This document shows positions 20,257-30,090 of a DNA stretch of 64,000 bases, in pieces. Within the stretch, counting starts at the first letter, position 1. Each line of letters opens with the position of its first letter. Position numbers and translations under genes: made by a program. The stretch is from assembly GCA_963675595.2 (NCBI GenBank), contig CAXXLZ010000003.1, positions 217,358 through 281,357 on the forward strand, in the 5' to 3' direction. The notes below the pieces were generated by a model. It was not told where the DNA came from and did no database searches. It saw nothing but the letters and a program-made list of their open reading frames with translations. This stretch comes from Thermodesulfobacteriota bacterium. Its GTDB lineage: Bacteria > Desulfobacterota > Desulfarculia > JACQYL01.

Positions 20257-20527
20257 CTTGGCCGTGCACCCTCCTCCGAGCCCCACCACAAACGGCGGTT
20301 CGCTTGGGGATTTAAGAGTCAGATGAATCTACGACACAAACCGCGTTGCTTACCGCTGCTTCCTTCCGGACCTGACGGGGTTCACAATCGTTTGTTGCGT
20401 AGGATCCGACCTCATCCCCGCGCAAGGGACGCCGCGAGCGGTTAAAGACCCTCGGGAAGGAATTCGACCCCGCTAAGCGGATTTCGGGTACAGGGCACCG
20501 CTAGCTCCCCGCCTAGCACGACCAAGA
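20257..20527 (-). ncRNA. ffs: signal recognition particle RNA, large (Alu-domain-containing) type
   Basis: The minus strand carries the universal domain IV motif CAGGTCCGGAAGGAAGCAGC (20355-20372) inside a long helix. The 5' part reads GTGCTAGGCGGGGAGCTAGCGGTGCCCTGTACCC, which is Alu-domain-like (compare the GUGCCUGUAGUCC motif of 7SL). The terminal helix CTTGGTCGTGC/GCACGGCCAAG closes a molecule of about 271 nt. Confidence 0.85.
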
Positions 20528-20868
20528 TTTTCTGATCAACAATCGCCGTGACGGGTTGTTTCAAGACCCGAATCGGCTTACAGTGAAGATTGTATTCAAA
20601 ATAATGAAATGAATACAATATCTTATACATATGCAATCCGCAGCCTGTCAAGCTCTTTTTCCTCTTTGAGGAAAAATAAGTTGATTTCTTTTCGAATCTG
20701 GACTAAGCATCAGCGTGTTAAATGAATGGAAGTTAGGGGATCTGAACGATCGAGTTTGCCCTCTCTAATCTCTTCAAGGCTTCTCTTCTTCCTTTCCATT
20801 TTCTAAGGTCAGATTCGTCCTATGACTGCCTGCGGGTCGTTAGCCATATCAAGAGTGAGCATTACCTT

Positions 20869-21996
20869 ATGGGGGATTCGGTTACGCGCACGGAGCCAGA
20901 GTTTCTGAATCTGGTACTCGGCCATATTAAGGCAATTCCGCCCTACCTTCCGGGCAAACCCATTGAAGACTTGGAAACAGAACGGGGAATCACGGGAGCC
21001 GTTAAGTTGGCCTCCAACGAGAACCCGTTGGGACCTTCGTCTCTCGCCGTGGAGGCGGTCGGGAAACTTCTGCGTGGAATGCACCGGTATCCCGACAGCA
21101 ACAGCACCAAGCTCCGCCGATCTCTCGCGGCCCGTTGGAGTTTGAGCGCGGAGCACGTGATCGTAGGCAACGGTTCCGACGAGATTATCGAAATGGCCAT
21201 GAGGGTTTTCGTGGGAGCGGGCGACGAGGTGATCTCTCCATGGCCGTCTTTCCTCATGTATGAGAAGTCCGTCGAAACCATGGGGGGAGTGTCGGTACGT
21301 GCGCCTCTCAAAGGATTCGATCAGGATTTGCAGGGAATACTGAACGCCGTGGGAGCCCGAACCAAGCTGATCGTCGTATGTCAGCCCAACAACCCCACCG
21401 GCACGGCGGTTTCCAGGTCGGATTTCGAGGCGTTCCTGCACGAAGTTCCCCGTCACATTCCTCTCATTCTCGACGAGGCCTACGGAGACTTTGTGCGAGA
21501 TTCCGATGCGTTCAGAGGGTCGAGTTACCTGGACGGGTATCCGCAGGTTCTGGTTCTAAGGACTTTTTCCAAGGCTTACGGCCTGGCGGGACTTCGCGTT
21601 GGATACGGCTTGGGTCACCCGGAAATGATCGCTTGTCTACAGCAGGTTCGGAGCCCTTTCAACGTGAACAGCCTTGCCCAGCAGGCCGCTCTTGCCGCAC
21701 TGCGAGACGAGGATTTCCTACGTAGGACCGTGGAATTTACTTGGGCGGAACTCGATTTCCTTTACCAGGGGATGGAACGACTCAAGCTCCCCTACGTCCC
21801 CTCGCAAACGAATTTCTTCTTGGTCCGTGTCGGAAGGGGGAACGAGGTTTACGACCGCCTGCTGGACAAGGGGGTCATCGTTCGTCCAATGGACGCTTAT
21901 GGGCTTCCCGAGTATATTCGGGTGACGGTGGGACTCAGGGAAGAGAACGAGCGTTTTGTCGACGCCCTGGAAGCGGTCTGCAATTGTTCGGCTTGA
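20869..21996 (+). CDS. hisC: histidinol-phosphate aminotransferase
   Basis: LASNENPLGPS signature; class II aminotransferase length of 375 aa. Confidence 0.9.
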   Translation: MGDSVTRTEPEFLNLVLGHIKAIPPYLPGKPIEDLETERGITGAVKLASNENPLGPSSLAVEAVGKLLRGMHRYPDSNSTKLRRSLAARWSLSAEHVIVGNGSDEIIEMAMRVFVGAGDEVISPWPSFLMYEKSVETMGGVSVRAPLKGFDQDLQGILNAVGARTKLIVVCQPNNPTGTAVSRSDFEAFLHEVPRHIPLILDEAYGDFVRDSDAFRGSSYLDGYPQVLVLRTFSKAYGLAGLRVGYGLGHPEMIACLQQVRSPFNVNSLAQQAALAALRDEDFLRRTVEFTWAELDFLYQGMERLKLPYVPSQTNFFLVRVGRGNEVYDRLLDKGVIVRPMDAYGLPEYIRVTVGLREENERFVDALEAVCNCSA

Positions 21997-22044
21997 TGAT
22001 CGGGGTTTCATGGTGTGTTGCCTGCCTCGCGTCGGAGCGGCCGG

Positions 22045-22734
22045 ATGAGTGTTGAGCGGCGGGTGGTGACGATCGATGGTCCTTCGGGAGCGGGGAAGAG
22101 CACGTTGGCTCGCATGTTGGCCCGGCGTCTGGGGTTTCGATATCTGGACACCGGGGCGATGTACCGGGCGGTGGCTTTGCTCGCCCAGATGGAAGGTCCG
22201 GATATTTCAGACGGCGGACTGCAACGGATATTGGATGAGTTTTCCATTCGGTTCGTAACGGGCGAAGGCGGTGGGGAGCGCACCATTGTGGTGGACCGGG
22301 ACGTGACCGACGATATCCGAAGACCCGACATTACCGCTCGCTCTTCGGAATTGAGCGGCGACCTGAGAGTTCGAAAGCGAATGACGGAGCTTCAGCGGGA
22401 ATTCGGCAAACGCGAAAGCCTTGTGGCCGAGGGTCGGGACATGGGGACCGTGGTTTTTCCGGACGCGAGGGCGAAATTCTTTCTCGTGGCGGACGAAAAG
22501 GAAAGGGCCCGCCGGCGATGTCTCGAATTGCGAGGGGCGGGTGAACGGCTGTCGGAGTCGGAGGTTCTCGATCAGCTTCAACAGCGTGACCAAAGAGATC
22601 GAAGCCGAGAGGCGGCTCCCCTGAGACCCGCGCCTGACGCCGTCATTGTGGACTCAACACACCGTACGCAGGAATCGGTGTTGGCTGAAGTGCTCCGAAT
22701 TTTAAAGAATAAAATTCCGGAGCTGGAATTTTGA
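22045..22734 (+). CDS. cmk: cytidylate kinase
   Basis: VVTIDGPSGAGKSTLARMLARRLGFRYLDTGAMYRA. It sits upstream of rpsA, as in E. coli. Confidence 0.9.
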   Translation: MSVERRVVTIDGPSGAGKSTLARMLARRLGFRYLDTGAMYRAVALLAQMEGPDISDGGLQRILDEFSIRFVTGEGGGERTIVVDRDVTDDIRRPDITARSSELSGDLRVRKRMTELQREFGKRESLVAEGRDMGTVVFPDARAKFFLVADEKERARRRCLELRGAGERLSESEVLDQLQQRDQRDRSREAAPLRPAPDAVIVDSTHRTQESVLAEVLRILKNKIPELEF

Positions 22735-22829
22735 AGTTTACAGGATTACTTTCGTGCGGTATACGCTTTTAAGTTTAAAACGGCTAAGGTGATGACTGTA
22801 GATCAGGGAGAAGAGGGGGGTCTGTCTGC

Positions 22830-24734
22830 ATGGAGGAGATTACTGTTAACATGAACAACCAAACCGATCAACAGGATGATATGCAAGAAGACTTAACAAA
22901 ACAAAATGAGGACCTTCAGGCCGAAGAGAACGATATGATGCCTGAGGGCTCCGGAGACGGAGAATCTTTGTCCGAGGAAAAGGGCGGAGAAGGTGCGGAC
23001 GAGTCGTTTGCCGAGGACGGTGAAGAAGGCATGGACGGCATGGACGGCATGGACATGAAGGAACTCTACGAGGAGAGCCTCAAGTCCCTCCAGGAAGGGG
23101 AAGTGATCAGCGGCAGCATTATCCAGGTCACTAAGGATTTTGTTGTGGTTGACGTGGGGTATAAATCGGAGGGGCAGATTCCCATTTCGGAGTTCCTGGA
23201 CGAACGTGGCCAAGTCGACGCACAAATCGGCGACACCATTGATGTGCTCCTTGAAAAGCGTGAAGACGAGGACGGCGAGATTCAGCTTTCCAAGGAAAAG
23301 GCCGCCAAGATCAAGGTGTGGGATGAAATCCGCCGGAAGTTCAACGAGGAAGAAGTTATCTCCGGAGTGATTACTGCGAGGGTCAAAGGGGGCTACACCG
23401 TGGACATCGGGGTACCCGCCTTCTTGCCCGGGTCTCAGGTCGACCTCAGGCCCGTCAAGGACATGGACGCCCTCGTGGGCAAGACTTTTGAATTCAAGAT
23501 ACTCAAGTACAACAAGAAACGAAGCAACGTTGTCATCTCTCGTCGCGTGATTCTTGAGGACAAGAGACGAAAAAGTCGGGAAGAGACTCTCAAGAAGATA
23601 CGGGAACAGGACGTATTGCCCGGCGTGGTCAAGAACATCACGGACTACGGGGCGTTCATCGACTTGGGTGGTCTGGATGGTCTCCTGCACATCACGGATA
23701 TGTCCTGGGGACGGGTGAAGCATCCTTCCGAGATTCTCAAGATCGGAGATGAGATCACCGTCAAGATCCTGAATTTCGATCCGGAAACGGAACGAGTTTC
23801 TTTGGGGCTGAAACAGCTTCAGCAGGACCCTTGGACCACGGCGGCCGAGAATTACAAGCCGGGAACCCGTGTCTCCGGAAAAGTGGTGAGCCTGACGGAC
23901 TACGGCGCTTTCGTTGAGGTGGAAGAGGGTATCGAGGGCCTGATTCATCTGTCCGAAATGTCGTGGACCAAGAAGATTCGACATCCTTCCATGGTCGTCA
24001 ATGTGGGGGATGAGGTCGAAGCCATGGTGCTGGACATCGATCCGAACAACCGACGCATCTCCCTCGGTTTGAAGCAGGTGGAGCCGAATCCGTGGGACGT
24101 GATCGGAGAGAAGTATCCCGTGGGTACGATCATCGAAGGCAAGATCAAGAACATCACGGACTTCGGTGTGTTCATAGGGATCGACGAAGGGATCGACGGT
24201 CTGGTGCACATCTCGGACCTCTCTTGGACCAAGCGGGTCAAACATCCTTCTGAGTTGTTCAAGAAGGGACAGGAAGTTCAGGCCAAAGTGCTTAAGATCG
24301 ACCGGGAGAACGAACGATTCTCTCTGAGTATTAAGCACGTTACTCCGGATCCGTGGGAAGAGATTCCCAAGAACTACCGTGTCGGCGGAAAGGTCACGGG
24401 GACGGTGACCAACGTCACGGATTTCGGTGTTTTCGTCGAGATCGAGGAAGGCATCGAAGGCCTGATCCATGTTTCCGAAATCAGTGCGGAAAAAGTCAAG
24501 ACACCGGTCGGCCAGTTCAATCCCGGGGACTTGATTACCGCCAAAGTGGTGAACGTCAACAAGAAGGAACGCAAGATCGGCCTCTCCTTAAGGCGAATGG
24601 ATGAGGACAGCGATCGAACAACGATTCGTGATTATTTGAGCAGTTCCTCTTCTTCTTTTCCGAACCTCGGAGATCTTCTGGGGGAGGAAAGTCGAGAGAA
24701 GCTCCAATCGGACAAGTCCGGGGAAGAGGAATAG
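22830..24734 (+). CDS. rpsA: 30S ribosomal protein S1
   Basis: Six S1 repeats (for example the GxVxxITDFGVFV motifs). It has an unusual ~75-aa acidic N-terminal extension; an internal Met near 23059 is an alternative start. Confidence 0.9.
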   Translation: MEEITVNMNNQTDQQDDMQEDLTKQNEDLQAEENDMMPEGSGDGESLSEEKGGEGADESFAEDGEEGMDGMDGMDMKELYEESLKSLQEGEVISGSIIQVTKDFVVVDVGYKSEGQIPISEFLDERGQVDAQIGDTIDVLLEKREDEDGEIQLSKEKAAKIKVWDEIRRKFNEEEVISGVITARVKGGYTVDIGVPAFLPGSQVDLRPVKDMDALVGKTFEFKILKYNKKRSNVVISRRVILEDKRRKSREETLKKIREQDVLPGVVKNITDYGAFIDLGGLDGLLHITDMSWGRVKHPSEILKIGDEITVKILNFDPETERVSLGLKQLQQDPWTTAAENYKPGTRVSGKVVSLTDYGAFVEVEEGIEGLIHLSEMSWTKKIRHPSMVVNVGDEVEAMVLDIDPNNRRISLGLKQVEPNPWDVIGEKYPVGTIIEGKIKNITDFGVFIGIDEGIDGLVHISDLSWTKRVKHPSELFKKGQEVQAKVLKIDRENERFSLSIKHVTPDPWEEIPKNYRVGGKVTGTVTNVTDFGVFVEIEEGIEGLIHVSEISAEKVKTPVGQFNPGDLITAKVVNVNKKERKIGLSLRRMDEDSDRTTIRDYLSSSSSSFPNLGDLLGEESREKLQSDKSGEEE

Positions 24735-24870
24735 CCTGTTAACGGCCCTTTATCGGGTTTGAGCGGAGACGACGCGCCGGTGCCGGTCCCATGGGTCGGA
24801 AGGTGGCGTCGTTTCCTTTCATGCCGGGCGGGGTTTGTTCTCGGGCGAGCCGATTCCCTTGGAAAGGGTC

Positions 24871-25752
24871 ATGAAAAGGCATCCGGTACTTTTTTCGATC
24901 TTTCTTATTTTGCTGATCGTCGGCGTCATGTCCGCAGCGGTGATCGGCATTCTGCACATGTCGGGAGATACGACGGCCGTGGTCTTTAAAGACCAAGTGG
25001 CTTTGATCGATATCAGGGGTGTCATCTCCGAAGGAAAACCGATCACGGATTTGCTTGTTTCCTATCGCGAGAATTCCAACATCAAGGCGATCATCCTGCA
25101 CATTGATTCCCCGGGCGGTGGCGTGGCTCCCTCACAAGAGGTATTCACCGAAGTTTCCCGAACTCGTGCGGAGAAGCCGGTGGTGGCTTTTCTGGGGAAT
25201 GTGGCGGCTTCGGGTGGGTACTATGTGGCGGCGGGGGCCAGCAAGATCGTCTGTAGTCCGGGGAGTCTTACCGGAAGCATAGGCGTTTTGTTTCAGGTGG
25301 CCAATGTTCAGGAGTTGCTCCAAAAGGTCGGTCTGGAATCCTATGTGCTCAAGGCCGGTAAATACAAAGACATGGGGTCTCCTTACCGGGAAATGACCGA
25401 CGAGGAAAGGGCGTTGCTGGAAGGCGTGCTCGTGGACGTTCATGAGCAGTTCATTGCGGATATTGCCAAAGGAAGAGGAATTCCGGTCGATTTGGTTCGT
25501 GAAGTGGCTGATGGTCGGGTCATGACCGGACTCCAGGCCAAGAAGATCGGTTTGGTGGACGAGATGGGGAATTTTGAGGACGCGCTTGAGGTTGCCAAAA
25601 CGTTGGCCGGGATCAGAGGTGAAGTAGCCGTGGTGCAGCCGGCCAAGAAGAGGCGCTCGGTGGTCGACCTGTTTCTTGACGAATTTATGGGCAAAGCGAT
25701 GGAACATCTGGGAGTCTCCGGTCCGAGACTGATGGCTGTTGGTGCCGATTAG
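24871..25752 (+). CDS. sppA: signal peptide peptidase SppA, 36K type
   Basis: N-terminal TM helix, HIDSPGGGV and AASGGYYVA motifs of the ClpP/crotonase-like S49 family. Confidence 0.85.
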   Translation: MKRHPVLFSIFLILLIVGVMSAAVIGILHMSGDTTAVVFKDQVALIDIRGVISEGKPITDLLVSYRENSNIKAIILHIDSPGGGVAPSQEVFTEVSRTRAEKPVVAFLGNVAASGGYYVAAGASKIVCSPGSLTGSIGVLFQVANVQELLQKVGLESYVLKAGKYKDMGSPYREMTDEERALLEGVLVDVHEQFIADIAKGRGIPVDLVREVADGRVMTGLQAKKIGLVDEMGNFEDALEVAKTLAGIRGEVAVVQPAKKRRSVVDLFLDEFMGKAMEHLGVSGPRLMAVGAD

Positions 25753-25787
25753 TACGTGACCGACGCGCTAGTGAAGGGGCTCTCGTC

Positions 25788-26066
25788 ATGCTGAAATCCC
25801 AGCTTGTATCCCGAGTATGGGCGCGCCATCCCGAGCTTCTGAAAGCCGACGTGGAAGCTCTGGTGCGGCTGATGTTCGAATGTATGGTCGAGGCTCTGGC
25901 GAAGGAGGAGAGCATCGAAATCCGTGGGCTGGGCCGATTTGCCGTTGTGGATCGTTTTCCTCGGATAGTGAGGAATCCTCGGACTGGGGAAACGAAAACG
26001 CAATCGAAAAGAAAGGAAGTCCGTTTTAGGGCGGGCAAAGACATCCTCGATCGCATCAACGGCTGA
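25788..26066 (+). CDS. ihfB: integration host factor beta subunit (HU/IHF family)
   Basis: 92 aa with ESIEIRGLGRF and RNPRTGE motifs. The cmk-rpsA-ihfB synteny matches E. coli. Confidence 0.85.
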   Translation: MLKSQLVSRVWARHPELLKADVEALVRLMFECMVEALAKEESIEIRGLGRFAVVDRFPRIVRNPRTGETKTQSKRKEVRFRAGKDILDRING

Positions 26067-26095
26067 CCAAACGAATTTCTCTTGTGTTGAAGGAT

Positions 26096-26122
26096 ACCCG
26101 CTCGGAACGATGCGGGTTTTTT
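26096..26122 (+). terminator. rho-independent terminator after ihfB
   Basis: ACCCGC-10 nt loop-GCGGGT followed by TTTTT. Confidence 0.7.
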
Positions 26123-26222
26123 GTTCCGGTGTCTTGGCGACCGAGCCTATGTGGAGGCTTGAATCGCCTCAATCGACTCCTTGCCCGAGTGAGGCCTCCG
26201 GCCTCGCTTCGAACCGAAAGTC

Positions 26223-27041
26223 GTGGAGCTGAAATCCGACCAAGATCTGACCCCGCTGGTTGCTGCGGGCAAAGTAAAAATCGCCGTTGGAAGCCGTCTT
26301 CTGGGCGTCGGAAACGTTATTACGCTCGGGGTGCGTCCGAACGTGGAAGACTACGATCCCCTGGAGATCGAGTGGCTTCGAGCGGCGCAGAAGGTCTATT
26401 ACCCCACCCGGTTTCTGGCCCAGTCGCTTCTATCCATGGGGAAGGAGCTGTTTCCAGGAGTTTCGTCCTACCACTATACCGGCGACAAGATTCGACAGAC
26501 GACTTTGTTCAAGCTCGTCGGAGTTCCGCATCCGAGAACTCGGGTATACTATTCGGGGCATCACGAGGAGATCTTGCGGGACTTCTCTTTTCCTTTCGTG
26601 GCGAAGGTACCGAGGAATTCGGATTCGGGAAAAGGGGTCTACCTGATAAAGAACAGAGAGGCTTTGGATGCCTACTTGGCGGGAAACCGTGTGGCGTACC
26701 TGCAGGAATGGATGTTTCCCAGCAGAGACTATCGGGTGGTGGTGATCGGAGGCAAAGTGATCCTCGCTTATGAGCGAAAGCGGACCGGTGGGGATTTCCG
26801 GGCCAACGTGGCCGTGGGAGGGCGGATCGAGTTTGAGGGGGTTCCTGGGGAGGTTTGCGGAACCGCGCTTGAAACCGCTCGGGTTTGCGGGTTCGATGAT
26901 GTTGGAATCGACGTGTTGGCGTTTGATGGGAACTGCTATGTACTGGAGGCCAACTTTCGCTACGGAAGAAAGGCGTTTAAAGCGGCCGGTATTGATTATA
27001 AAAGGATGCTGGAGGAGATGTTGGTGCGGGGCGATATCTAA
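26223..27041 (+). CDS. ATP-grasp (RimK-like) ligase family protein
   Basis: FPFVAKVPRNSDSGKGVYL, DYRVVVIGGKV, GGDFRANVAVGG and VLEANF are ATP-grasp motifs. Its stop overlaps the next start (TAATG). Confidence 0.7.
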   Translation: MELKSDQDLTPLVAAGKVKIAVGSRLLGVGNVITLGVRPNVEDYDPLEIEWLRAAQKVYYPTRFLAQSLLSMGKELFPGVSSYHYTGDKIRQTTLFKLVGVPHPRTRVYYSGHHEEILRDFSFPFVAKVPRNSDSGKGVYLIKNREALDAYLAGNRVAYLQEWMFPSRDYRVVVIGGKVILAYERKRTGGDFRANVAVGGRIEFEGVPGEVCGTALETARVCGFDDVGIDVLAFDGNCYVLEANFRYGRKAFKAAGIDYKRMLEEMLVRGDI

Positions 27042-29026
27042 TGGAACCCGGATCGGTTGTTGAATACATAGAGGACCGAGTCTACAAGGTCGCGGTTTGT
27101 GTGGTGGATCGCGGCAACCGTGTGCAGGTACTCAACGAGTCGGGTCGGGAGGTCAATCTCGGTCTTGCTCGAGTTCTTTATGCGGGCGGACGACGTCTGA
27201 ATCTCAAAGAGCCTCGGCACAAGATCGAGGAGAGTCTTCGGGGGATTTCCGCGCATCGGAGGGAAATTCAGGCGAAGATCGATTTGACGGAGATTTGGGA
27301 GCTGGTGGCGGAGGAGGACGGCAGTTACGACCCCGCATTCCTTTCGGAAATCGTTTTTGGAGAGGGCTCCGATGCCGACCACGAGGCCGCGTTCATCCGG
27401 GCGGTGATTGATGAGCGAACGCGGTTCAAGTTCAAGGACGGTCGGGTTTATCCGCAGTCCGCCGAAAAAGTGGCTCAGGTGCTCGAGCAGCGTGAAGCGG
27501 AGCGTCGCAGGGAGGAGGAACTTGATCGGGAAAGCTCGTGGTTGAAGGGAGCGTTCGAGCGAGGAGGGCCGCCCTCGGACCTGGAAGAGCACGCCAACCT
27601 CATAGAGAGTCTCAAAGCGGCGGCGTTGGGCGATCCCGTACACCCTCTTTTCAAGATGGGTGAGGCCCTTCTGAAACGGGCGGAGCTTGGCGGGAAAGAA
27701 CGCGCTTTCGATGTATTGGTCCGACTGGGTCTGTGGTCCCCGGATCAGAATTTGGACCTTGAAAGACTTCAGGTTCCGGTGGAATTCGCCCCGGGAGTGT
27801 TGGACGATGTCGATCGATTGGTTGAATGGCCTTTGCCCGGAGAAAACAAGCACGAAGACTTGACCCATCTGCCGGCGATCACCATCGACAGCCTGTCCAC
27901 TTCCGATTTCGACGACGCCCTGAGTATCATTCGGAAGGGTGACGGGTATGAATTCGGAGTTCATATAGCGGACGTCTCCGCTTATGTATTTCCGGAAAGT
28001 CCACTCGACGATTGCGGCAAGGAGAGGGGTACTTCCATTTACATGCCCGACGGACGGATCGCCATGCTTCCATCGGAAATATCCGACAGGTTGTGCAGCC
28101 TGAGGGAGGGCTTGGATAGGCCCGCGCTAAGTCTCCTGGTGGACATGAATGAAGAGCTGGACGTTCGAGGGTATCGGTTTGTGTCGAGCGTCATACGGGT
28201 CAAACGCAGGATGACCTACTCTGAAGTGGATTTGATTCATGATCGTGATGAGGACATGGTGGTCCTTTCCAAAATCGCGCGAAAGCTGCTTCGCCGACGA
28301 ATCGAAGCGGGCGCCATTCCACAGCCGCCTTTTGAAGTGTCGGTAACCGTGGAACCGGACGGTTCCGTCGGTCTGAAACGAATCGAACGGGACAGCATCA
28401 GCCGCCTCATCGTTTCCGAGAGTATGATCTTTGCCAATTGCCTGGCGGCGGAGTTTCTGCACGCATCCGAGGTTGCGGGGTTCTTCAGGGCCCAGGCGGA
28501 GCCCAAAGAGCGTGTGGAAGGCGACCTGGAAAAGGACCTTTTTGCCATGTACCGGCAGCGAAGGCAGCTTCAGCCTCTCGTTTTGCAGACTCAGAAGTCC
28601 CCTCACAGCAGCCTGGGCGTGCCGGCGTACACCAATATGACATCCCCGATCAGGCGTTACATGGATTTGGTTGTCCAGAGACAGCTTTTGGCCGTGATAA
28701 AGGGGAGTCCCCCGCCTTACTCGGAAGGCAGACTGAAAGAAATGCTCACGGAAATCGAACCGGTGGTCAAGCGGGCCAACCTGTTGAAGAACCGAAGGTA
28801 TCGATACTGGATGCTCAAGTACTTCAAGAAACTTAGAGGGCAAGGCCTGCAGGCTCTGGTTCTGGAAAAACATCCGAGGAGTTACCGTATTCTTCTGACG
28901 GATACGTTGTTCGAGTGCAACTTACCCATCGTTTCCTCGATCGCTCTCAAACCCGGCGAGCATGTCCAAGTGAGAGTGGACCGGTCGAATCCAAGAGACG
29001 ACATCCTCAAGGTCAGCTTGGGCTGA
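27041..29026 (+). CDS. RNase II/R-family 3'-5' exoribonuclease (RNB domain)
   Basis: RNB catalytic block ITIDSLSTSDFDDALSI..HIADVS and TSPIRRYMDLVVQRQL; 661 aa. Confidence 0.8.
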   Translation: MEPGSVVEYIEDRVYKVAVCVVDRGNRVQVLNESGREVNLGLARVLYAGGRRLNLKEPRHKIEESLRGISAHRREIQAKIDLTEIWELVAEEDGSYDPAFLSEIVFGEGSDADHEAAFIRAVIDERTRFKFKDGRVYPQSAEKVAQVLEQREAERRREEELDRESSWLKGAFERGGPPSDLEEHANLIESLKAAALGDPVHPLFKMGEALLKRAELGGKERAFDVLVRLGLWSPDQNLDLERLQVPVEFAPGVLDDVDRLVEWPLPGENKHEDLTHLPAITIDSLSTSDFDDALSIIRKGDGYEFGVHIADVSAYVFPESPLDDCGKERGTSIYMPDGRIAMLPSEISDRLCSLREGLDRPALSLLVDMNEELDVRGYRFVSSVIRVKRRMTYSEVDLIHDRDEDMVVLSKIARKLLRRRIEAGAIPQPPFEVSVTVEPDGSVGLKRIERDSISRLIVSESMIFANCLAAEFLHASEVAGFFRAQAEPKERVEGDLEKDLFAMYRQRRQLQPLVLQTQKSPHSSLGVPAYTNMTSPIRRYMDLVVQRQLLAVIKGSPPPYSEGRLKEMLTEIEPVVKRANLLKNRRYRYWMLKYFKKLRGQGLQALVLEKHPRSYRILLTDTLFECNLPIVSSIALKPGEHVQVRVDRSNPRDDILKVSLG

Positions 29027-29181
29027 CCACGGTTTGCTTCTCAAGATTCATACGGTCGACGGGACCTAATGCATTCCGAGCGGCGTTGCGGGGTAGGTGG
29101 GAATGTACTTGTGGTACAAGTACTTTTTCCTTTTTTTCCAGGCCCGATTGTGTTAACCAAACAAATTTTCCGAGTTGCCGT

Positions 29182-30090
29182 GTGACTTCGCATATCGACC
29201 GGTTCATTCGCTATCTGGAAGCCGAAAAGGGATTGTCTCCCAACACGGTTCGCGCTTATCATAGTGATCTTAGGGCGTTTGCCGGTTTTGTTTCCGAACG
29301 TCTGAAGAAGGAGGCGTTTGGTCCGGCGGACGTGGACCATTACATGATTAGGAGTTTTCTGGCTTCACTTCACGGATCTCGGGCACGAACCAGTGTGAGC
29401 AGAAAGCTCTCCGCGATCAGGAGCTTCTTCAGGTTCCTTATAAAGCGGGGAGAGGCGGATCGAAACCCCACGGATGCCGTCTTTTCTCCCAAGTTGGAGA
29501 GGCACGTAGCCAAGTTTCTTCCCGTGGATGAGATGTTCTCTCTCTTGGATTCGGTGATCGGGGATTCCAGGCAAGGGACGCGGGATCGCGCTATTCTCGA
29601 GACCCTCTATTCCACCGGGTTGCGGGTGGGGGAACTCGCTTCTTTGGATGTGGATTCCATTGACCGTTCAGCGCGGTATGTGCGGGTGGTGGGTAAGGGA
29701 AGTAAAGAGCGGCTGGTACCTGTGGGGATGAAGGCGCTGGAAGCCCTGGACGCCTATAGCGGAGCTTTTGAAGAAATCCGGAGAGCGGCGGAGAACCGGG
29801 GAGTGAAAGCCCTGTTTCTGAATTTGCGTGGAGGGCGACTTTCAACGAGGAGCATCGGCAGAATCGTGGATGCGGCCATAGAACGGAGCGGTCTGGAAAT
29901 GAAGATCAGTCCCCATGTCCTGCGACACTCTTTCGCCACTCATCTGCTGGATTCGGGAGCCGACCTCAGATCGGTCCAGGAACTGCTGGGCCATTCGAGT
30001 TTGTCGACCACACAGAAGTACACGCACGTCAATCTGGACAAGCTCATGGAGGTTTACGACGCATGCCATCCTCGGAGTCGGGATTCATAG
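29182..30090 (+). CDS. xerC: tyrosine recombinase XerC/XerD
   Basis: [24 protein letters not shown]-terminal domain, catalytic [12 protein letters not shown] and [17 protein letters not shown] at 29182 gives a typical 302 aa. The upstream 89 codons overlap the RNB gene. Confidence 0.85.
   Translation: MTSHIDRFIRYLEAEKGLSPNTVRAYHSDLRAFAGFVSERLKKEAFGPADVDHYMIRSFLASLHGSRARTSVSRKLSAIRSFFRFLIKRGEADRNPTDAVFSPKLERHVAKFLPVDEMFSLLDSVIGDSRQGTRDRAILETLYSTGLRVGELASLDVDSIDRSARYVRVVGKGSKERLVPVGMKALEALDAYSGAFEEIRRAAENRGVKALFLNLRGGRLSTRSIGRIVDAAIERSGLEMKISPHVLRHSFATHLLDSGADLRSVQELLGHSSLSTTQKYTHVNLDKLMEVYDACHPRSRDS

Noticed and set aside
20306-20419. Initial call of a 114-nt 4.5S-type SRP RNA.
   Set aside because: This was superseded. 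The flanks on both sides form an Alu-like 5' domain and a terminal 5'/3' helix, so the gene is the 271-nt large form (20257-20527).
22893-24470. 525-aa ORF antisense to rpsA. Similar long antisense ORFs occur at 40786-42447 (dapL/folK), 30601-31974 (hslU), 44449-45639 (pncB), 7231-8265 (ribBA), 4990-6174 (GTPases), 27038-27964 (RNB), 39343-40287 (dapA/dapB) and 61172-62125 (int).
   Set aside because: These are shadow ORFs, typical of GC-rich DNA. Their translations are Arg/Gly/His-rich with no recognisable motifs, whereas the opposite strand encodes unmistakable conserved proteins.
28915-29181. Long N-terminal extension of xerC overlapping the RNB gene.
   Set aside because: The extension has no similarity to XerC N-termini. 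GTG at 29182 gives the canonical ~300-aa protein starting at the conserved ..IDRFIRYLE.. region.
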